Below, piece by piece: positions 25,508 through 35,382 of a stretch of DNA of 64,000 bases; the first letter of the stretch is position 1, and every line of letters begins with the position of its first letter. The DNA is from an uncultured Candidatus Saccharibacteria bacterium. GTDB lineage: Bacteria > Patescibacteriota > Minisyncoccia > Phycocordibacterales > CAIZLB01. The stretch lies in assembly GCA_964620475.1 (NCBI GenBank), contig CAZUJN010000001.1, forward strand, positions 4,651 to 68,650, given 5' to 3'. Position numbers and translations under genes: made by a program. The notes below the pieces were generated by a model. That model worked only from the letters and a program-made list of their open reading frames with translations. It was not told the DNA's origin and did no database searches.

Positions 25508-27775
25508 ATGCTTCAAAAACCCCTTACAGACATTATCAAAAACATAAGTACAGCTCATAAAATAGCCTTGTCTAGACTGGGCATAAAAACTGTATCTGAT
25601 ATTCTATACCACTTCCCAACTCGCTATGGCGATGCTTTTAAAGCCACATACATCAAAGATATTATTCCGGACACAAACGTGGTTCTATATGGTGAGATCT
25701 ACAACATAGATTCTCAAAAGAGTTTTAAGACAAAAGTTTTAATGGTAAATGCAACACTTCGCGATGATACTGGTTCCATAAAACTAACTTGGTTCAATCA
25801 GATATATATAAGTAAAATGTTTAAGGACGGAGATATTGTAAAAATATCAGGCATAGCCAAAGAACAAGGTAAACAAAAAGTTATAGTAAACCCTCTCATA
25901 GAAAAAACCAAAGCAGACCCCATAGCACAAGGTACAAATCTTTTTGGTCAAAAAGAAGAAATATTATTTCAACCAATATATAAAGAAACAAAAAGTATTA
26001 CTTCAAAATATATTCATTCATTAATACAAAAAATATTTACACATCCTGATTTTAAAGACATAAAAGATAATATTCCAGAATCAGTCTTGAAAAAATATTC
26101 TCTACCAAACCTACATGATGCTTTGATCTATATACATACACCAAAAAAAGATCAACATGTTGAAGCAGCTAAAAAAAGATTTGCCTTTGAAGAAGTATTT
26201 TATATACAACTTCAAAATGCAAAAAGAAAAAAAGAAGCTTCCGAAGCCTTATCATATTCTTTTGTTGGTTTAGAAAATGCTTTAAAAGATTTTAAATCAC
26301 ATATACCCTTCACTCTTACTGATTCACAAGAAAATGCCATAAATTCTATATTGAATGATTTTAAAAGAACTCATCCTATGAGTAGACTTGTTGAGGGTGA
26401 TGTAGGTTCTGGTAAAACCGCAATAGCTGCTGCTGCGGCCTATGCTATAGTTGCCTCACGTGTAAACAGTATGAGATCACAGGATCAAAAGAACTCTCGT
26501 TTACAAGTTGCATATATGGCACCTACCGAGATACTCGCCAAACAACATTATGAATCATTTACACAGATGTTTGCCAAATTACCTATAAATATAGGACTAT
26601 TAACAGGATCAGGTTGTAAAAAATTCCCCTCAAAATCTTCTCTATTAACACAAAAACAAGGCACCGATATATCTAAGACTCAACTTTTAAAATGGATAGC
26701 ATCGGGCGATATATCTATAGTCATAGGTACTCATGCACTTATACAAAAGTCTGTAGTATTTCGTGATCTCGCTTTTGTTATCATCGATGAGCAACATCGC
26801 TTCGGTACAAAACAAAGACAAAAACTTGCAAACAAACATATAGCTGACGAAGAGATAAAAAGTAAACTTAAGAAAAAAGACACTTTGAGAATAAATAAAA
26901 AAGCATATATAGATAATAAACTCGATGAACCTAAAGAGAAAATAATACAAACACCACATCTTTTATCGATGACCGCCACTCCTATTCCCCGCACCCTGGC
27001 TTTAACACTTTATGGTGACCTTGATCTATCTGTTGTTGATCAAATGCCATCAGGCCGTAAACCAATAATCACAGAAATAATTTCCGAAGATAAAAGAAAT
27101 GAAATGTATGAAAAAGTTCATAAAGAACTTGAAGCAGGTAGACAAGCTTATGTTATCTGTGCTCGTATAGAAGACCCTGATCCAGATCTTATGAGTAAGT
27201 TAAATATCAAATCAGTCAAAGAAGAGGCCGATAGATTATCTCGTGAACATTTTAAAAAATATAAAATTGCTACACTTCATGGAAAAATGAAAACTGCAGA
27301 GAAAGATAAAGTGATGAAAGATTTTCTTGATAAGAAAATAGATATACTTGTAGCCACTTCTGTTATAGAGGTTGGTGTGAATGTTCCAAATTCAACAACT
27401 ATCATTATAGAAGGAGCAGATAGATTTGGACTCTCACAAATACATCAGTTACGTGGTCGTGTTATCAGAGGTACACATCAAGCTTATTGTTATTTATGTA
27501 CCAACAACGCCAGTGAAAAAACCATGGACAGATTAAAGGCTTTGAAAAATGCTAAAAACGGATTTGAGTTGGCGGAACTTGATCTGAAACTACGTGGTGC
27601 TGGAGAGTTATATGGTGATAAACAATGGGGTTTAAGTGATATAGGTATGGAAGCCATAAAGAATATAAAGATGGTTGAAGCAGCCAGAGAAACCGCAAAG
27701 GAGTTAGTTGATGAAGGATTGACACCTGAGTTGACAAAACTACTGGAGGAAAATGAAAAGGTTCATATGGAGTAA
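25508..27775 (+). CDS. recG: ATP-dependent DNA helicase RecG
   Basis: N-terminal wedge domain (LGIKTVSDILYHFPTRYGD), Walker A GDVGSGKT, DEQHRFG, helicase motifs through QLRGRVIRG. Confidence 0.9.
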   Translation: MLQKPLTDIIKNISTAHKIALSRLGIKTVSDILYHFPTRYGDAFKATYIKDIIPDTNVVLYGEIYNIDSQKSFKTKVLMVNATLRDDTGSIKLTWFNQIYISKMFKDGDIVKISGIAKEQGKQKVIVNPLIEKTKADPIAQGTNLFGQKEEILFQPIYKETKSITSKYIHSLIQKIFTHPDFKDIKDNIPESVLKKYSLPNLHDALIYIHTPKKDQHVEAAKKRFAFEEVFYIQLQNAKRKKEASEALSYSFVGLENALKDFKSHIPFTLTDSQENAINSILNDFKRTHPMSRLVEGDVGSGKTAIAAAAAYAIVASRVNSMRSQDQKNSRLQVAYMAPTEILAKQHYESFTQMFAKLPINIGLLTGSGCKKFPSKSSLLTQKQGTDISKTQLLKWIASGDISIVIGTHALIQKSVVFRDLAFVIIDEQHRFGTKQRQKLANKHIADEEIKSKLKKKDTLRINKKAYIDNKLDEPKEKIIQTPHLLSMTATPIPRTLALTLYGDLDLSVVDQMPSGRKPIITEIISEDKRNEMYEKVHKELEAGRQAYVICARIEDPDPDLMSKLNIKSVKEEADRLSREHFKKYKIATLHGKMKTAEKDKVMKDFLDKKIDILVATSVIEVGVNVPNSTTIIIEGADRFGLSQIHQLRGRVIRGTHQAYCYLCTNNASEKTMDRLKALKNAKNGFELAELDLKLRGAGELYGDKQWGLSDIGMEAIKNIKMVEAARETAKELVDEGLTPELTKLLEENEKVHME

Positions 27776-27779
27776 TAAA

Positions 27780-27802
27780 AAACACCCTCATCGGGTGTTT
27801 TT
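27780..27802 (+). terminator. Terminator after recG (acaccc-tcat-cgggtgt + T-run)
   Basis: Hairpin plus tttttcttt. Confidence 0.5.
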
Positions 27803-27805
27803 CTT

Positions 27806-27881
27806 TGGTGCAAGCACTAGGATTCGAACCTAGGACCGGTCGTGTATAAGACGACTGCTCTACCAACTGAGCTATGCTTGC
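27806..27881 (-). tRNA. tRNA with anticodon UAU as read (tRNA-Ile2-type), CCA encoded
   Basis: Reverse complement GCAAGCATAGCTCAGTTGGTAGAGCA-GTCGT-CTTATAC-ACGAC-CGGTC-CTAGGTTCGAATCCTAG-TGCTTGCACCA; 76 nt. Confidence 0.65.
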
Positions 27882-27921
27882 GATGCTATATAATATAGCA
27901 CTTTTTAGATTTTCTGCAATA

Positions 27922-28317
27922 TTACTCTTCCTCCCTGTTTATATATAACAATATAGGCAATTTCTTGGAAGGTGAATAAAAACCTATTTCACCTCTTCGG
28001 CAGGCTTTATCAAACCAAACATTAAACTCACCCTTACCTTCGGCACCTTTCAATTTAAAATATTCCTTAAAAGTTTTTTCAAATATCGGTAATGGCACAA
28101 CAACCTTTTCTAATGCTTCAGACATAACACCTGTTCTTTTTATGGCTAGTTTGAAAAATTCATCATAACTTGGTTTTTCTTTATCTTTAAAAGACAAACC
28201 CATAACTTCTAACATATCGGCAGGTTTCTCTATTTTCATCTTTTTAGGTGTTTCTGTTTCTGATTCAGATTCGTAATTTCCACCAGGCAATTGACTAAGA
28301 TCTTTGTATTCTTCCAT
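27922..28317 (-). CDS. Hypothetical protein (131 aa)
   Basis: ORF only; no motif recognised. Confidence 0.35.
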   Translation of the reverse strand: MEEYKDLSQLPGGNYESESETETPKKMKIEKPADMLEVMGLSFKDKEKPSYDEFFKLAIKRTGVMSEALEKVVVPLPIFEKTFKEYFKLKGAEGKGEFNVWFDKACRRGEIGFYSPSKKLPILLYINREEE

Positions 28318-28331
28318 ATATTTATATGATA

Positions 28332-30194
28332 TTATTTTTCTATATTTATCCCAAACCCTTTAACAATCTCCTCATACTCCGCCTGCTCTAAAGTCTCCTT
28401 CTCCATCAATGCGGCAGATATAGCATCTAGACAAGGACGATTTGTATTTATTATATCTTGAACTCTTTGATAAGCTTCATTCATTATTTTTGAAACCTCA
28501 TTGTCTATAAACTCATTTGTTTTTTCACTATAATTTTTAGATTCTACATTATTTCCAAACATTGCTCGGCCGCCGGCAGGCTCTAATGCTATAGGGCCAA
28601 CAGCATCACTCATGCCATATTTTGTTACCATGTCCCTGGCCAAAGCAGAGGCAACCTGAAGATCATTTGATGAACCTGTTGTAAGATCACCATATATAGT
28701 TTTCTCAACAACATAACCACCAAGTGACACAGCTATATCATCCAAGAATTCTAATTTTGATTGCATCTTCTTATCTTCGTTTGGAAGTTTTAGGGTGTAA
28801 CCTGCAGCACGACCACGAGATATAACAGATACTTTGTGTACAGGATCAGCATATGGAAGTATAGATGCAACTATAGCGTGCCCTGCTTCATGATAAGCGG
28901 TAAGTTCTTTTTCTTTTTTACTCATAACATGGGTTTGACGAACTGGACCCAACATAACTTTTTCTATAGACACAATAAGATCATTTTGCAATATCTCTTT
29001 TCTGTTATGACGTGCTGCCATGATAGCAGCCTCATTCATAATAGAGTGAAGATCGGCACCAGAAAAACCAGGTGTTCTCTCAGCCACAGTTTCAAGCCTA
29101 ACCTCTTTTGAAAGAGGCTTATTCTTTGCGTGAACTTTAAGTATCTCAAGTCTATCTTTTCTGTCTGGTAATTCAACATTTACCCTTCTATCAAAACGTC
29201 CAGGACGTAGAAGCGCAGGATCCAGAACATCTGGTCTGTTTGTAGCAGCCATGATTATTACGGAATCACTTGGCTCAAAACCATCCATCTCTACAAGTAT
29301 CTGATTAAGTGTTTGTTCTCTCTCATCATTACCACCACCCATACCAACACCACGTACACGTCCAACAGCATCGATCTCATCTATGAAAATGATCGCAGGT
29401 TGAGCTGCACGAGCAACTTTAAACATATCTCTAACACGTGAAGCACCAACACCAACGAACAGCTCCACAAACTCAGAACCAGATATAGAAAAGAAAGAAA
29501 CGTTTGCCTCCCCTGCCACAGCTCTCGCTAACAAAGTTTTACCTGTACCTGGAGCACCCATCAAAAGTATTCCACGAGGTATACGAGCACCTATTGATAA
29601 AAACTTTTTAGGATTTTTTAAAAAATCAACAACCTCTTCAAGTTCATGTTTTGCCTCTTTAACACCAGCAACGTCTTTAAAAGTAATCTTTTGTTTTTGG
29701 CCATCAGGATGCATAAGTCTAGCTTTTGAAGAACCAAAAGAGAAAGCTTGTCCACCAGCACCTTTCATACCACGAGATAAAAACCATATTATAAACACAA
29801 ATAATAATATAGGAAACAAAAACGGCAACAGACTAGCTGCTATATAACCTGCACTTCTATCGTCTTTTATTTCTATATTTGTTAAAGCAAGTTTGGTTTT
29901 ATCAACACCAAGATTTGAAAGTGTTTCGGTTAAAGATGATTGTGCTTCTTTTTTAGAAAATTTTACAGTTTCATCTTTATAGGTAACCTCTATTTTATCA
30001 TTAATGTTTTTGATATTAGAAACTTTCTCTAAATTTATATCATTTACCAATTCTGTTAAAGTTATATTTTTGTTTTCTGTGCTACCTTTATTTAAGTAAT
30101 CACTTATAGCAAATATTAATAAGAAAAATATTATTATTCCAAATATATTCTTTAATAAAATTGTTTTGAATCCACTCTTTTTTACTTTTACCAT
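28332..30194 (-). CDS. ftsH: ATP-dependent zinc metalloprotease FtsH
   Basis: AAA+ Walker [12 protein letters not shown] region, HEAGHAIV zinc-binding motif, N-terminal TM helices. Confidence 0.95.
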   Translation of the reverse strand: MVKVKKSGFKTILLKNIFGIIIFFLLIFAISDYLNKGSTENKNITLTELVNDINLEKVSNIKNINDKIEVTYKDETVKFSKKEAQSSLTETLSNLGVDKTKLALTNIEIKDDRSAGYIAASLLPFLFPILLFVFIIWFLSRGMKGAGGQAFSFGSSKARLMHPDGQKQKITFKDVAGVKEAKHELEEVVDFLKNPKKFLSIGARIPRGILLMGAPGTGKTLLARAVAGEANVSFFSISGSEFVELFVGVGASRVRDMFKVARAAQPAIIFIDEIDAVGRVRGVGMGGGNDEREQTLNQILVEMDGFEPSDSVIIMAATNRPDVLDPALLRPGRFDRRVNVELPDRKDRLEILKVHAKNKPLSKEVRLETVAERTPGFSGADLHSIMNEAAIMAARHNRKEILQNDLIVSIEKVMLGPVRQTHVMSKKEKELTAYHEAGHAIVASILPYADPVHKVSVISRGRAAGYTLKLPNEDKKMQSKLEFLDDIAVSLGGYVVEKTIYGDLTTGSSNDLQVASALARDMVTKYGMSDAVGPIALEPAGGRAMFGNNVESKNYSEKTNEFIDNEVSKIMNEAYQRVQDIINTNRPCLDAISAALMEKETLEQAEYEEIVKGFGINIEK

Positions 30195-30238
30195 AAACTG
30201 ATATTAACATTATTTTATGGTATTATCTATATAAATAT

Positions 30239-31357
30239 ATGGCTATAATACAGAACAAAAAGGCTTATCATAACTATGAAATACTTGAAAAGATAGAGAC
30301 AGGTATGATTCTTTTAGGTTTTGAAGTTAAGGCTATAAGATCAGGTCAAATGACATTAGATGGTTCATACATAAAGATAGGTAAACATGACAGAGTTTTT
30401 TTGATAGGTGCCAATATAAAACCATTACAACAAGAAAATATTCCTGATTCATATTCGGAAACAAGAGATAGAGAATTACTGTTGACAAAAAAAGAAATAA
30501 AGCACCTAAAACAAAAGACTGAGACAATTGGTAATACTTTGATACCAATTTCCGTATATAATAAAGAGGGTTTGATAAAACTCGAGATAGCTCTCGCTCG
30601 TGGTAAGAAAAAACATGATAAAAGAGAAAGTATTAAAAAAAGAGAGGCCAACATAGAAATAAACAGAATGTTACATCACAAATCAAAATTCATATTTTTA
30701 CTATTAATATCAAGCCTGTTTGGTCTTTCAAACACAGTTGATGCAAAAGTATTATTAAAAGTTCCTTATTATCAACAACAATACACAAACAGTTGTGAAG
30801 CCGCTGCTACAAAAATGGTATTAGAATATCATGGTATTTATCTAGATGAAGATGAGATATTAAAATCTTTCAACTATAATCCCAGACAAAAAGATACAAC
30901 AAATAATGTATGGGATGATCCAAATGAAATGTTTGTTGGTTTTGTTGATAAAAAAGGACCAGAAAATGGATATGGTGTTTATGGCCCGGCGGTGGTTAAA
31001 GGTATAAAAAAGTTTGAGGTAGATGCAACACATCATGCAAGCTCAAGTATAAACCTGAAACTTATTGCACAAAGTATAAAAGATGATAAACCAGTTATAT
31101 TCTGGGGTTATACTTCCCTAACACAAAAACCATACACATGGAAAACAGAATCCGGTAAAACCATTAAGGCTTTTAGAGGTGAGCATGCACGTGTGGTGGT
31201 TGGTTTTGAAGGTACAGTAAATAACCCAACAGGATTTTATGTACATGACCCCATAAACGGTAAGAAAAACGAGTATTGGTCTAAAAATAAACTATTAACA
31301 AACCTGACTGCGGTACCAGATGTTACTGATCAATTGGTTATAATAGATTCAGATTAA
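30239..31357 (+). CDS. smpB: SsrA-binding protein SmpB (aa 1-~145) continuing in-frame, with no stop, into a signal-peptide/TM segment plus C39-like cysteine peptidase (Peptidase_C39_2/YvpB-like) domain; either a fusion or two genes (second start at ATG ~30665)
   Basis: N-terminus IIQNKKAYHNYEILEKIETGMILLGFEVKAIRSG is canonical SmpB; downstream MLHHKSKFIFLLLISSLFGLSNTVDA looks like a signal peptide; YYQQQYTNSCEAAATKMVLEYHG is a C39-like catalytic Cys motif. Confidence 0.75.
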   Translation: MAIIQNKKAYHNYEILEKIETGMILLGFEVKAIRSGQMTLDGSYIKIGKHDRVFLIGANIKPLQQENIPDSYSETRDRELLLTKKEIKHLKQKTETIGNTLIPISVYNKEGLIKLEIALARGKKKHDKRESIKKREANIEINRMLHHKSKFIFLLLISSLFGLSNTVDAKVLLKVPYYQQQYTNSCEAAATKMVLEYHGIYLDEDEILKSFNYNPRQKDTTNNVWDDPNEMFVGFVDKKGPENGYGVYGPAVVKGIKKFEVDATHHASSSINLKLIAQSIKDDKPVIFWGYTSLTQKPYTWKTESGKTIKAFRGEHARVVVGFEGTVNNPTGFYVHDPINGKKNEYWSKNKLLTNLTAVPDVTDQLVIIDSD

Positions 31358-31404
31358 AACTTGTTTATGTAATATATATAAAGTATACTCGTTTATATCA
31401 ATAC

Positions 31405-31791
31405 GGGGATGACCGGATTCGATATATAGAACTTTGACATGTATGCGTAATAGAGTATTCTCAAATCTCTTAAAACTTTGAGGAACCTTAAGTGCACAAG
31501 CACAAAAAGCTGTTGTATCGCCTTTCGCGTTCAACATGTCTTTCGCAACTGCTAGAGCATAACCTCTAGTCGCGCATCTTACTTTTATCTACTTTGTGTA
31601 AAAGATAGGGTGTAATATAGCAAAGTTGGATTAAGGTAGTAATCTTGATCCTTAATCGAGATAAAAGATTATATTATATGATGTTTCGATATATATTTTG
31701 AGTCATATAATGAATTTTAAAAATATATCTATATTACGTAGAGTTACATGTTTAAACTATATAGACGTGGGTTCGACTCCCACCATCTCCA
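31405..31791 (+). ncRNA. ssrA: tmRNA (ssrA), ~387 nt, immediately downstream of smpB
   Basis: 5' end GGGGATGACCGGATTCGA (cf. GGGGcTGAttctGGATTCGAC) and 3' tRNA-like end GTGGGTTCGACTCCCACCATCTCCACA pairing with the 5' GGGGATG to form the acceptor stem; candidate tag frame ...AFNMSFATARA-stop ending at 31562. Confidence 0.75.
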
Positions 31792-31796
31792 CATCA

Positions 31797-31830
31797 ACAA
31801 AAACCACCCTCGCAGGTGGTTTTTTGTTTA
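31797..31830 (+). terminator. Terminator after tmRNA (aaaaccaccctcgcaggtggtttttt)
   Basis: ccacc/ggtgg stem + T-run. Confidence 0.6.
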
Positions 31831-31832
31831 GA

Positions 31833-34800
31833 TTATTTTTCTTTTACATCTGGATTAACACGACAGATTATCGAGGTTGTTATCGGAGAAGGAACCAAAT
31901 TTGTTCCAGAACATTTTAATGTATACTTCTGATTTGTTGTTAAACCTGAAACAGTTTTACTTCCACCGCTGGCACCATCAGTAAGTGTTATTGGATAAAC
32001 AGTTGAATCACCTCCGCCAATATTTATATTCCAACCACTAAGATTACATGATGATCCTGAAGGGATGTTTGATATATCCCATGATATTGTACAGTTACCA
32101 TTTTTATTTAATGAAACTTTAGGGTCTTTAGATAGATTAATAACAGGAGGATTAACAACTGTATTATTACACTGAGGTGAAGTGTCCCCTGGCTGACAAC
32201 CTGTTACTGTTGTTGGAGTATATGAACATGTTTTAGAAACAATTTTTCCATCATATAAATCCTTAAGTTCAACAGTCATTGAATCACTTGTTGTTGGTAA
32301 TGCTTTTGTATATACATATGAACCATCTTTGTTTGTGGTTGCAACAAGTGTACCATCTTTCCTGTATTCAACATTACCCAACGTTGTTTTTCTGTCTGGT
32401 GTAAATGTATATGTTAGATTTGTATCACTTGAAGACATAACACAATATGCATTAAAAGCACAAGCAGGATCATTTGTAACTTTATTTACCTGAACACCAT
32501 TTTCTTTATAGACCATATCTCTACCTACACAAGAATTAGTTTTAGTCACCGTTGGGGGTGTACAGGTTGTTCCATCAAAATATCCCATCCAATCACCTGT
32601 TGGGTCTGAACATGTACCAATTGGTTTACATGTTTTACCTGCATCCATAAGATTCTTAAAGAAAGGTGCTATATTTCTGTATTTACCACCATCACTACCA
32701 CTAGGTATATTATATCGAGCTGCTGTAGGTGTGTAAGTACTATCATATCCATCTGAATCAATTTTTGACTGAAACTCAATCTGATAAGGTGAAATACCTT
32801 CCCCATCTAATTTGTACACACTCCAATCACTATTATTAGAAACAGTTGTGGGTTTAACAAGCTCAGGATCATAACAGGTTGCCTCATCAGTCAAACCAGC
32901 TTCTATTATCTTATAAGTTGATGTCCAGCTTTTAGTATCATCACCTCTATTATCTAATCTAAATGTTATAGTACAATTACCATCATATTTCATACCAGGA
33001 ACGTTTTCTTTTTTACCGCCATATCTATAAAGGTTTTTAGAAGCATATTCAGGTGTTAAACCACTTATATCACCATATATTCTATTATCCGGCTGACCAA
33101 ACATAAATCTAAATATTGGATATCTAATCATCTTCCATGAACCAAGTTGTTCAGCTACAACATAAAATCTTTTATTTTCTGTTATAGATGGTCTAGTATC
33201 AGATGTATAGCCAAGATATTTACATATATTTATACTTTTATCATGCCAAGCAGCCCTGTCTGTACCATCTATATTATAAAGAGGAGAAAAAACCTTAGAA
33301 CCAGCTATAAAAGTATTCCTAAGCTCTCCATCAGTACAAAAACTTCTGTCTAAGATAGAATCAACATTACTCTCAAAAACATCTCTTGTTGTAGCAACAG
33401 AACGACACACATCAGAAGACATCTTTCCAGCTTCTACTATTTTTAGATAAACTCTATCATAATCAGTGTCATCTCCTTGATATTTTGTATAAACAGTAAC
33501 ATTACATCCCCCATTATATGTCGCATAATTAACATTTCTCTTTCTTCCACCCGGGTCAAAAGTTATTGTTTTAGATTCATTTTTAACAAATCTATATATA
33601 TGAAATCTCTTATATGTCCAACCAGATCTACCAGAATCAGATATAACATAAAACGGTGATCCGTTGTCTATGGTACCAGCTATTGTTGAACATATATTTA
33701 TACTTGCACTTATAGGCCCACCTGTACTACCTGTACCAGGAGCAGTTATATCAACGACTTCACCAGAAGAAAAATATTTTTTTGCTCTAACATCTTCAAC
33801 AGTACAAGCGTCTCTCAAGAATCTATTACATGCCCATTTCTTAACAAACCACTCATTTGTAGCCGAATCTTCTATACACTCATTGGTTGGTTTAGTGCCA
33901 CACACCTCAACATCAGTAAGAGCTTTAACAGAATGAGCTCCAACAAAAGCAACCGAGGACATCAATAATATCATTAACATCATCAATGATTTTTGTTTTT
34001 TCTTTTTAAAAACCATAAACACTATTATTAGTAATAATATCAATACGGACAGGATCATATAATATATTTTATTTGAATTTACATGTGTAATGTTAACAGT
34101 TTTTGTTTTTGTTAAAATAATACTTCCGTCTTTATCAAGTATATCAACCTTTACCAAGACTTCACCGACCATATTTTTCAACACCTCAACTCTTTCATTC
34201 ACATTTATTGTACCTTCTTTATAAAAAGTTTTATCTATTTCCTTTTTAAAAATCTCTTTTTCATATTGAGAAACAGAAATAACAACTTTATTATTTTCTT
34301 CTTTTTCTAATTTTGATTCATATCCAATATTTGCATAAACATCTAAATCCTCAACCAATATTTGTGTATCAGTAAAATTATAAGCTGAATTAGATAATAT
34401 AAATTTATAATCAACAGATATCTTTGGATAATTAGTTGATGTTATTTTTAATCTATATTCTCCACCATTTATATTCAAAGGCACCTTAATATTCAACACG
34501 TTTTTGGTGAAAGAAACCGCTTTAAAAAAGTTTTTATTTTTTTCTAGATATTTATCAAACTCATCTGGTTGTTTTTGAGGATTTGGGGCCTTTGTCTTAG
34601 GACTAGATGCTGACCAAACGGTGTTATTTTGGACATCAAACACTTCTATATTCAACTCTGGCTCAACCACTTCATAATCAACCCCATCCTGAGCTATTAA
34701 TTTTACAAAAAGATTTGACCCTTTTATTAAATTTAATTTTTCATTAAAAGTAGTAAAGGAATCAGAACTTATTTCCATGTTATCAGTAGAGTACACAACA

Positions 34801-34877
34801 GACTCTTCTGCTTTAATGATTTTATTACCAATAAAAAAACTTAACAATAAAATCAAAAATAAAATATTTTTTTTCAT
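31833..34877 (-). CDS. Large (1014 aa) secreted/surface protein: signal peptide, ~240-aa domain, TM/second signal-like segment (~aa 275-320), then long Cys-rich Thr/Asn/Gly-rich extracellular region
   Basis: MKKNILFLILLLSFFIGNKIIKA signal; hydrophobic YYMILSVLILLLIIVFMVF-KKKKQKS-LMMLMILLMSSVAFVGAHS; many Cys in C-terminal 700 aa. Confidence 0.5.
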   Translation of the reverse strand: MKKNILFLILLLSFFIGNKIIKAEESVVYSTDNMEISSDSFTTFNEKLNLIKGSNLFVKLIAQDGVDYEVVEPELNIEVFDVQNNTVWSASSPKTKAPNPQKQPDEFDKYLEKNKNFFKAVSFTKNVLNIKVPLNINGGEYRLKITSTNYPKISVDYKFILSNSAYNFTDTQILVEDLDVYANIGYESKLEKEENNKVVISVSQYEKEIFKKEIDKTFYKEGTINVNERVEVLKNMVGEVLVKVDILDKDGSIILTKTKTVNITHVNSNKIYYMILSVLILLLIIVFMVFKKKKQKSLMMLMILLMSSVAFVGAHSVKALTDVEVCGTKPTNECIEDSATNEWFVKKWACNRFLRDACTVEDVRAKKYFSSGEVVDITAPGTGSTGGPISASINICSTIAGTIDNGSPFYVISDSGRSGWTYKRFHIYRFVKNESKTITFDPGGRKRNVNYATYNGGCNVTVYTKYQGDDTDYDRVYLKIVEAGKMSSDVCRSVATTRDVFESNVDSILDRSFCTDGELRNTFIAGSKVFSPLYNIDGTDRAAWHDKSINICKYLGYTSDTRPSITENKRFYVVAEQLGSWKMIRYPIFRFMFGQPDNRIYGDISGLTPEYASKNLYRYGGKKENVPGMKYDGNCTITFRLDNRGDDTKSWTSTYKIIEAGLTDEATCYDPELVKPTTVSNNSDWSVYKLDGEGISPYQIEFQSKIDSDGYDSTYTPTAARYNIPSGSDGGKYRNIAPFFKNLMDAGKTCKPIGTCSDPTGDWMGYFDGTTCTPPTVTKTNSCVGRDMVYKENGVQVNKVTNDPACAFNAYCVMSSSDTNLTYTFTPDRKTTLGNVEYRKDGTLVATTNKDGSYVYTKALPTTSDSMTVELKDLYDGKIVSKTCSYTPTTVTGCQPGDTSPQCNNTVVNPPVINLSKDPKVSLNKNGNCTISWDISNIPSGSSCNLSGWNINIGGGDSTVYPITLTDGASGGSKTVSGLTTNQKYTLKCSGTNLVPSPITTSIICRVNPDVKEK

Positions 34878-34918
34878 ATATATATTTTATATTAAAAAAA
34901 ATTCAAACACCAGAGATT

Positions 34919-35323
34919 TTACCTTATTTCAATCTTTCTGTTGTCTTTATCTATGTGTTCGAAATATATATTTATATCAGCTTCAAAATTATTATCATTT
35001 ATTAATTCAGGCCATTCTATAAAAATAAGATTATTTTGATCATTTAAATATTCTTCAAATTTTAATTTTTGTAAATCTTTATAACTATTTAACCTATAAG
35101 CATCTATGTGTATAAGGTTTTTAAATCCAAGATTATCAAAACCATATCTCTTTAAAATAACAAAAGTTGGACTTTGTATATCTATATTCATTTTTAAAAA
35201 TTCACAAAAGTTCTTTGTAAAAGTGGTCTTCCCTGCACCTAAATCACCAAATAAAAAAACAACAGTTGCTCTATTTGTATTTTTCTTGTCTTTAATCAAA
35301 TTAATAAAGTCATCAAAAATCAT
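34919..35323 (-). CDS. tsaE: tRNA threonylcarbamoyladenosine biosynthesis ATPase TsaE (YjeE)
   Basis: Walker A GDLGAGKTTFTK, SPTF motif, ~134 aa. Confidence 0.85.
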   Translation of the reverse strand: MIFDDFINLIKDKKNTNRATVVFLFGDLGAGKTTFTKNFCEFLKMNIDIQSPTFVILKRYGFDNLGFKNLIHIDAYRLNSYKDLQKLKFEEYLNDQNNLIFIEWPELINDNNFEADINIYFEHIDKDNRKIEIR

Positions 35324-35382
35324 ATATTAACAATAAACAAAAACACCCTATTTTACAAGGGTGCATTTGTTTTATTGAGTTT

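Noticed and set aside
31349-31919. Small ORFs 31349..31537(-) and 31698..31919(+)
   Set aside because: They fall within the tmRNA gene and its terminator.
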